This document shows, piece by piece, positions 58,006 to 64,000 of a stretch of DNA of 64,000 nucleotides. Within the stretch, counting starts at the first letter, position 1; every line of letters begins with the position of its first letter. The position numbers were made by a program, and so were the translations under genes. Below the pieces are notes generated by a model. The model searched no databases and was not told the origin of the DNA. It saw only the letters and a list, made by a program, of their open reading frames with translations. The stretch spans positions 31,868-95,867 of the forward strand of contig CAVZKB010000012.1 in NCBI GenBank assembly GCA_963775755.1. Reading direction: 5' to 3'. This stretch comes from an uncultured Actinomycetes bacterium (lineage in GTDB: Bacteria; Actinomycetota; UBA4738; HRBIN12).

Positions 58006-58400
58006 TGTCTCCCGCCGGGGCGGCATCCGCCCAGCGATCGTCGCTCGAGATCCCGTCGGACCCGGCGCACATCCTCACCACCCGACTGTTCGCGGCCGGC
58101 GTTGCTCGATCGCTCGAGTTCGGCGAAGAGACCGGGGACGCGCTGAAGCTGGTGCTGACGGAGATCTGCTCGGAGGCGATAAAGGGGCGCCGCGATGGAA
58201 GGGTCGCCATCGAGATCGCGGTCGACGCGGATCGGTTGCGCGCCGCAGTCGTCGCGACCGGTTCGCCGGCCGACGACCCAGACGTCGACCCGGCCGAGAC
58301 GACGTATCGGCGGACGCTGATCGAAGCGCTGGCACCGGATGCGACGTTCGTCGAGGAGCAGGATCGCTCCATCGTTACGTTCACGTTGTCGGTGAACTGA
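58005..58400 (+). CDS. RsbW-like protein (degenerate GHKL)
   Basis: LEIPSDP..I…RLF, LKLVLTEIC; coupled to the STAS gene. Confidence 0.7.
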   Translation: MSPAGAASAQRSSLEIPSDPAHILTTRLFAAGVARSLEFGEETGDALKLVLTEICSEAIKGRRDGRVAIEIAVDADRLRAAVVATGSPADDPDVDPAETTYRRTLIEALAPDATFVEEQDRSIVTFTLSVN

Positions 58401-58490
58401 CCATCACCTCCGACCGTCGGCGATGTGTAGCGTCACCCAGGGTTGGGTAGGGATCCTCGAGAAGCTCCAGACCGAGCGAGGAGGATCTCG

Positions 58491-58685
58491 ATGCGCACGA
58501 GTTCGTACGCGGAGGCAACGCGGTCACGGCTGCGACCCGAACCCCGGCCCGTCCCCAGCCCAGGTCCCGCGCCGGCGCCGGTCCCATCGCCGCCGTCCCC
58601 GGATCCGGCTCCGCAACCGATGCCGCCCGTACCGGTGCCCGATCCACCCGCCCCTCCGGATCGTCCGCCGGTTCCCACCGTCTAA
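58491..58685 (+). CDS. 64-aa proline-rich small protein
   Basis: GAGGAGG RBS; GTGT-N16-GGGTAG promoter (58425-58450); PxP repeats. Confidence 0.55.
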   Translation: MRTSSYAEATRSRLRPEPRPVPSPGPAPAPVPSPPSPDPAPQPMPPVPVPDPPAPPDRPPVPTV

Positions 58686-60394
58686 GGGCGGCGCACCTTC
58701 ATCACCAGCACGGCGACGTCATCGGTTCGTCGATCGTCCAGGTCGGAGACCGCTGCCTTGATCCGGTCGGCGATCGCGGCCGGTGACATCCCGGTACACG
58801 CGGCGAGCGATCGGGGGATGACCTTGCTCTCCCAGTCGGAGTCTCGGCCTGCCTCTAGCACTCCATCCGTGAGCATCACGAGGGCGTCCCCTGGGAGAAG
58901 ATCCACGATCTGATCCGAGATCTCGATCTCCTCGAACACCCCCAGGAGCGTCCCGGGCGTTCCCGCTTCCTCGACGTCGCCGTTCGCTCGCAGGACGAGC
59001 GGCAAGGGATGCCCCGCCACCGCGACCGTCAAGCGCACTCCGTCGTCGTGGGTCCGGATCCGCACCACCGCCGCGGTGCAGAACTCACCTTTCCCGGTCT
59101 CGAGCTCTTCGAGCAGGGCCTTGTTGAGCTTCACGAGCGCTTCGCTCGGCTTCGTGTCTTGCCGGCTGACGGCGCGGGTCGTGAAGCGCACGAACCCCAT
59201 GAGGGCAGCCGCCTCGGGTCCCTTGCCACACACGTCTCCGATGACGGCCTTCCAGGTGCCGTCGTCCATCTCGAAGAGGTCGTAGAAGTCCCCTCCCGCT
59301 TGGAGGACGTCTCCCGCGGGAAGGTATCGGGCCGCGACGTCGACCCCGGGGATCCGGGGGAGCGTCTTCGGCAACAGACGTTCCTGGAGCGAGCGTGCGA
59401 TGTGGTCCCGTTCCCGATACAGCCGCGCGTTGTCGATGGCGATGGCCGCGCGGTTCGCCAGGTCCTCACCGAGACGAAGATCGTCTTCCGTGTAGTGCTT
59501 CCCGGACTCCGCCCACACCATCGTGAGTACCCCGAGGGTCCGTCCGCGCGCGATGAGCGGGATGGTCATGACGGAGCTCAGCTGGAGGCGCTCGAGGACC
59601 TCCGATAGCTCGGGGTCGCTGATATTGGCTGCATCGATCAGGTCCTGTGTGACCTCGGGGATCAGTTCGGACACCCCGGTTCGGACCACGTGCGCGATCC
59701 CCGAGGGATCATCGGGCTTGGTGGGGAACCGTCGCCGCAGCTCGCGTGCCCACTCGACCTTCTCTGGATCGACGTGTGCCAAGGCGATGAGGGACAGCGA
59801 CCCATCCGCCTCAAGGACGTCGACCGCGCACCAGTCGGCCAGGTCGGGTACCGCGAGCCGAGCGACGCGCCGGAGGGTGGCCTCCCAGTTCAGGGAACGG
59901 CTGAGCTCCTGCGTCGCGCTGACCAGGAATGCCTGCGCGTGCCGGCGTGCCCGGTCCTCGGTGATATCCACGAAGACGTTCACCACACGGCTGACCTCGC
60001 CGTGCTGGTCGAACAGCGGAGTGGCGCGCACGAGCGCCCACCGGTCCCCTCCACCAGAGCGCTTCCGGAACCGGACCACGGCTTCGGGTTCCCGCTCTCC
60101 GGATAACGCTCGGCGTCCAGGGAGCTGGTCGACCGGAAAAGGACGGCCGTCCTCATCCAGGATCTCGAACCGTCCAACGATCTCCTCGGTCGAGGCTCGC
60201 TGCATGTCCTGCCCGGACGCGAATCCCGACATCCGGGCTGCAGCATCGTTGGCATAGATCAGCGTCCCGTTCGCGGCCTGGATGGTGATCCCGTCAGCGC
60301 TGCTGCTCGTGATGATCTCGAGGACGTCCCAGCCGGGGGCGCCCAAACGATCGTCCGGCAGCGCAAGGTCCGCGTCGACTTCCCTCCGCCTCAT
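58682..60394 (-). CDS. PAS-GAF-SpoIIE (RsbU/RsbP-like) phosphatase
   Basis: PAS (IYANDAAAR), GAF (VPDLADWC…AIDNARLY), PP2C (GGDFYD, IGDVCGKG, AGHP, TDG, DDVA). Confidence 0.93.
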   Translation of the reverse strand: MRRREVDADLALPDDRLGAPGWDVLEIITSSSADGITIQAANGTLIYANDAAARMSGFASGQDMQRASTEEIVGRFEILDEDGRPFPVDQLPGRRALSGEREPEAVVRFRKRSGGGDRWALVRATPLFDQHGEVSRVVNVFVDITEDRARRHAQAFLVSATQELSRSLNWEATLRRVARLAVPDLADWCAVDVLEADGSLSLIALAHVDPEKVEWARELRRRFPTKPDDPSGIAHVVRTGVSELIPEVTQDLIDAANISDPELSEVLERLQLSSVMTIPLIARGRTLGVLTMVWAESGKHYTEDDLRLGEDLANRAAIAIDNARLYRERDHIARSLQERLLPKTLPRIPGVDVAARYLPAGDVLQAGGDFYDLFEMDDGTWKAVIGDVCGKGPEAAALMGFVRFTTRAVSRQDTKPSEALVKLNKALLEELETGKGEFCTAAVVRIRTHDDGVRLTVAVAGHPLPLVLRANGDVEEAGTPGTLLGVFEEIEISDQIVDLLPGDALVMLTDGVLEAGRDSDWESKVIPRSLAACTGMSPAAIADRIKAAVSDLDDRRTDDVAVLVMKVRRP

Positions 60395-60541
60395 CCAAGT
60401 CCTCCCATGACGAGCGTCCCAACCGCGGCGAGAGCTCGGCGGTCAAGCCGATCCGTGCATCGGACGCCAGGCTCGGGTTCAGCGCCGGACCTCGATGGTA
60501 CAGGTGAAGGTGTGGATGGCTCGTCGGTCGGGTAAACATTG

Positions 60542-60973
60542 ATGGTGGAGTCGAACGACGTGTCGCCGATGGGTGAGCAGGGATGGCGTCTGAACATGGA
60601 TGTGCACGCCGGTTCGCGATCTCTCGCCGAGGTCCGGCGAGCCCTCGGAGCTCTCGCGATCCCGGCGGACGTCCTGGAAGACGCCAAGGTGCTGGTGTCT
60701 GAACTGGTCGGGAACAGCGTCAAACACTCGGGTCTCGGCGTCGACGACTACGTGCGTGTCATGGCCGAATGGTCGGGGGAACGCCTTCGGGTCACGGTGC
60801 ACGACCGACCTCGCCCTTCGTCGCCTCCACCCGTCGCCGCCGCGATCCGCCCCCGTCCGGGTGCCGAGTCGGGCTGGGGACTGTTCATCGTCGATCGACT
60901 CGCGAGCCGTTGGGGGACCGACGACGCCGGCTATTGGTTCGAACTGGACGGTTCTCGAGCGGCGCGCCGCTAG
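60542..60973 (+). CDS. HATPase_c anti-sigma-type ATP-binding protein
   Basis: VSELVGNSVKH, VTVHD, GWGLFIVDRLASRWG, WFEL; GTGT-N16-GGGTAA promoter. Confidence 0.88.
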   Translation: MVESNDVSPMGEQGWRLNMDVHAGSRSLAEVRRALGALAIPADVLEDAKVLVSELVGNSVKHSGLGVDDYVRVMAEWSGERLRVTVHDRPRPSSPPPVAAAIRPRPGAESGWGLFIVDRLASRWGTDDAGYWFELDGSRAARR

Positions 60974-61296
60974 GACCTGGGGTCTTCTTCCTCGGCGATC
61001 TCGGCCGGCGTGCCCTCGTGTTTGCGGACGACGGTGTAGCGGTCGGTCTCGCGCACGATGTCTTCGACGTCGGGCATGACGTGCGTCTTGACGACCGCGA
61101 ACTCGCGACCGTCCGATCGCAGCGCTTCGTATTCGGGGATGGCGATGGCGATCACACGATCACATTCGGATCGGCCACACTCGCACAGGATCCGGAAGTA
61201 GTCCTCGCGCGAGCTCGCGTGCGCTCGTTCGATCTGCTCGTTCATCTCTCGGGAGGTTGCCTCGTTCTGTGCGATCCGCGCCTCACGCTCGCTCAT
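60970..61296 (-). CDS. Hypothetical protein with a CECxxxxC motif
   Basis: REARIAQNE…REMNEQI…LCECGRSEC…YE.LR…H. Confidence 0.75.
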   Translation of the reverse strand: MSEREARIAQNEATSREMNEQIERAHASSREDYFRILCECGRSECDRVIAIAIPEYEALRSDGREFAVVKTHVMPDVEDIVRETDRYTVVRKHEGTPAEIAEEEDPRS

Positions 61297-61346
61297 GATC
61301 GAGCCAGTCTGACAGCAAGGGCCTTGGTCCGCGCCACGGTCGGCGG

Positions 61347-61676
61347 TCACTTCCCGTGCTCGACGTGTCGGCGGAGCGAATCGAGCCTCTCGTCCCACTC
61401 GGCACCGACGTCGACCATCCAGCCCATCGCATCGGCGAGCGGCCGGGGGGTGAGGCGGTACGTCCGGCGGCGGGTGTCGCCCGACACCTGAACCAGGCCC
61501 GCCCCCTCCAGCACCAGCAGATGCTTCGAGACGGCCTGCCGTGTGACGGGGAGGTCGGCGGCGAGCTCGACGAGCGTCGTGGGACCGTCCTCGGAAAGCC
61601 GGCGCATGACCTCGCGGCGCGTCGGGTCCGAGAGGGCGGAGAAGACCGCGTCGGGACCCGTCGAACCCGGCATCAC
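61347..61676 (-). CDS. ArsR/SmtB family regulator
   Basis: FSALSDPTRR, VTRQAVSKHL.VL..AGLV, WDERL. Confidence 0.92.
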   Translation of the reverse strand: MMPGSTGPDAVFSALSDPTRREVMRRLSEDGPTTLVELAADLPVTRQAVSKHLLVLEGAGLVQVSGDTRRRTYRLTPRPLADAMGWMVDVGAEWDERLDSLRRHVEHGK

Positions 61677-62050
61677 GCGTGCTCCGCCATGGCATGCGGC
61701 GGATCGGCGGCGAGGACTCCGCTCGACTCCGTGACGGCGACGCGGGTTGCGCCTTCCTCGACGTCCAGCGTGAACGCGACCACGGTGGCATCGGCGACCG
61801 CGAGGCCCGACGCGGAGGTCCGGAGCTCACGCCAGCGGAACGCCAGCCGATGCGGTGGGTCGACGTCGATCACGAGCCCTCGCCGCTCCGTCCCGTCGGG
61901 CCACCGGAATCGGACGGCTCCGCCGACGCGGAGGTCGACCTCGGCGTCGGCTCCGAACCACGCCGCGAGTTCGCCTGGATCGGTCAGGGCGCCCCACACC
62001 GCCTCCGGCGCTGCGTCGACGATGATCTCGCGCCTGATCGGCTCGTCCAC
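61673..62050 (-). CDS. SRPBCC/AHSA1 domain protein
   Basis: [39 protein letters not shown]. Confidence 0.88.
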   Translation of the reverse strand: MDEPIRREIIVDAAPEAVWGALTDPGELAAWFGADAEVDLRVGGAVRFRWPDGTERRGLVIDVDPPHRLAFRWRELRTSASGLAVADATVVAFTLDVEEGATRVAVTESSGVLAADPPHAMAEHA

Positions 62051-62073
62051 CAACCCGTCCTCCCGTGTGGGGT

Positions 62074-62127
62074 TGGCAACTCTCGAGTTGCCATCTATCT
62101 TGGCCGGATCGGCAACCAGAAGGTTGC
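62074..62127. promoter_or_regulatory. Two GCAAC-N6-GTTGC palindromes (putative ArsR operators)
   Basis: TGGCAACTC-TC-GAGTTGCCA (62074-62093) and GCAACC-AGAA-GGTTGC (62112-62127). Confidence 0.75.
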
Positions 62128-62157
62128 GTCACACGGATGGTACAGGAGGTGGTGGGG

Positions 62158-62787
62158 ATGAGCGGTGGACAGGTGCTGGTCCCGACGGTGGTCGAGGCGA
62201 CGGACAAGGGGGAGCGCTCGTTCGACATCTACTCCCGGTTGCTGCGGGAACGGGTGGTGTTCTTCGGGACGGTGCTGGACGACGACGTCGCCAACCTGAT
62301 CGTCGCGCAGTTGCTGTTCCTGGAGGCCGAGGATCCCGAGAAGGACATCGCGATGTACATCAACTCGCCCGGGGGCTCGGGGACGGCGATGTTCGCGATC
62401 TACGACGCGATGCAGGCCATCCGTTCGGACGTCGCCACGTGGTGTATGGGGCAGGCCGCATCGGCGGGGGCGACCCTCCTGGCGTCGGGCGTCGCGGGGA
62501 AGCGCTACGCGCTGCCGAACGCGCGCGTGCTGATCCATCAGCCGCATGGCGGCGTCGAGGGGCAATCGAGCGACATCGAGATCCAAGCCCAGGAGATCGT
62601 GCGGCTGCGCCGACGGCAGGAGGAGATCCTGGCCGAGCACACCGGGCAGCCGATCGAGAAGATCCGCGCCGACACCGACCGGGACTTCATCCTGTCCGCG
62701 GAGGATGCCAAGCGCTACGGATTGGTGGATGAAGTCGTGACCGACCGGAAGCTGCGCATGGCGGCGGCGAGGGAGCTCTCGGCGTAG
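62158..62787 (+). CDS. clpP: Clp protease proteolytic subunit (standalone paralog)
   Basis: DIYSRLL.ER, YINSPGG, GQAAS, IHQP, DRD; catalytic triad appears intact. Confidence 0.95.
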   Translation: MSGGQVLVPTVVEATDKGERSFDIYSRLLRERVVFFGTVLDDDVANLIVAQLLFLEAEDPEKDIAMYINSPGGSGTAMFAIYDAMQAIRSDVATWCMGQAASAGATLLASGVAGKRYALPNARVLIHQPHGGVEGQSSDIEIQAQEIVRLRRRQEEILAEHTGQPIEKIRADTDRDFILSAEDAKRYGLVDEVVTDRKLRMAAARELSA

Positions 62788-62823
62788 CCGATCGCTCACC
62801 GTACGCCTCCTACACTGGTCGGG

Positions 62824-64000
62824 ATGGACGGCGCGGCTCTGCGAACGCTCGTCGCCGAACGGCCGCTCTTGGCCGACGGCGGGATGGGCACGTCGTTGAT
62901 CGAACAGGGCGAACCCCTCGGTACCTGCTTCGAGTTGCTGAACGTCGACGACCCCGCCCGGATCGTGGCCATCCACCGGTCGTTCGTTCACGCGGGATCC
63001 GACGTGGTCCTCACGAACACGTTCGGTGGCGACCGTTTCCGCCTGGACGTCCACGGGTTGGCCTCGCGCGTCGGCGAGCTGAACCGCGCCGCGGCGACGC
63101 TCGCCCGAGATTCCGGCGCTCGCTTCGTCGCCGGATCGATCGGCCCGCTGGGTGTGCGGCTGGCTCCGTACGGCCGGGTGAAGCCGGAAGATGCGTTCTC
63201 GGCCTACAGGGAGCAGGCTGCTGCCCTCGCCGAGGGAGGCGTCGACCTGTTGATCATCGAAACCCAGACGGACCTGCGCGAGATGGAGCAGGCATTGGCC
63301 GCCGCGCGCGCGGGAGCCCAGGGGATCGCGGTCGTCGTGAGCGCCACGTTCACCAAGGACGACCGCACGCTGTTGGGCTCCTCGCCGATCCAGGTGGCCG
63401 GGCGCCTGGCCGAGCTCGGCGCCGACGCGATCGGCGCGAATTGCGGCGAAGGTCCGGCGCAGCTGCTCCGCGTGATGCGCGCCATGCGCCCGGCGGTGGG
63501 TGATGTCCCGCTCGTCGCGCGCCCGAACGCGGGAGGGCCGACGCAGGTCGGCGGTCGGTTCGTCTACCCGGCGACACCCGAGTATCTGGCGGAGCACGCA
63601 CGGGCGTTCCTGGACGAAGGCGTATCGATCCTCGGCGGCTGTTGCGGCACGGGGCCGGCGCACACGCAGGCCGTCGCCGAAGCGCTCCGCGGACACGCGC
63701 CACACATACCGGTGATCTCTACCGGTGATCTCGAGGAAACGGACGAAGGAACACAACCCGCCGCGACCCGAACCGTGCTGGAGTCGAAGCTCGCACACGG
63801 GGACTTCGTGGTTGCAGTGGAGATGGAGCCGCCGCGTTCGTTCGACGTGAGCACGCTCGTGGCGGCGGCGGAGACGCTCGCCTCAGCGGGCGCCGATGTG
63901 ATCGACGTCGCCGACAGTCCGATGGCCAAGATGCGAATGAGCGCATGGGCGGCATGCCGGCTGATCCAGGAGCACGGCGTCGAGACGGTGCTGCACTTCC
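62824..64000 (+). CDS. yitJ: Bifunctional homocysteine S-methyltransferase/methylenetetrahydrofolate reductase (partial, runs off the window)
   Basis: LADGGMGT, TNTFG, GSIGPLG, GANC, PNAG, GGCCGT, then VEMEPPR…DSPMAKMRMS. Confidence 0.92.
   Translation, partial: MDGAALRTLVAERPLLADGGMGTSLIEQGEPLGTCFELLNVDDPARIVAIHRSFVHAGSDVVLTNTFGGDRFRLDVHGLASRVGELNRAAATLARDSGARFVAGSIGPLGVRLAPYGRVKPEDAFSAYREQAAALAEGGVDLLIIETQTDLREMEQALAAARAGAQGIAVVVSATFTKDDRTLLGSSPIQVAGRLAELGADAIGANCGEGPAQLLRVMRAMRPAVGDVPLVARPNAGGPTQVGGRFVYPATPEYLAEHARAFLDEGVSILGGCCGTGPAHTQAVAEALRGHAPHIPVISTGDLEETDEGTQPAATRTVLESKLAHGDFVVAVEMEPPRSFDVSTLVAAAETLASAGADVIDVADSPMAKMRMSAWAACRLIQEHGVETVLHF

Overview
A high-GC (about 70%) chromosomal segment of an actinobacterium, probably a deep-branching uncultured lineage (inferred from gene content and synteny). 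It starts in the conserved oriC-proximal block: the 3' end of a probable parA, parB, ddl, an aminotransferase, a cwlM-like amidase, trxA, trxB, anti-sigma/sigM, murJ, DUF6049, NUDIX and the CCA enzyme. Housekeeping and accessory genes follow: an orphan pilT, a prenyltransferase-like + Tat DUF362 pair, a P-type ATPase, lepB, modABC with a TOBE regulator, a YchF paralog, sodN/sodX, tusA-dsrE, MFS genes, ino1-padR and a cobalamin riboswitch controlling btuFCD. A roughly 12 kb general-stress island (lipid enzymes, microproteins, csbD, a SigB/F sigma with partner-switching genes) is followed by arsR-SRPBCC/clpP and a partial yitJ. No rRNA, tRNA, CRISPR array or transposase was seen. Best candidates for new biology: (1) a Cys-rich leader peptide attenuator in front of tusA-dsrE; (2) microproteins under SigB-type promoters, including a classical C2H2 zinc finger; (3) a low-GC lipoprotein + secreted L,D-transpeptidase-like pair; (4) an ORF-less structured RNA candidate next to sodN. 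Leaderless genes appear pervasive. Several single-base indels may be sequencing errors. All family assignments come from motif recognition, with no database search.
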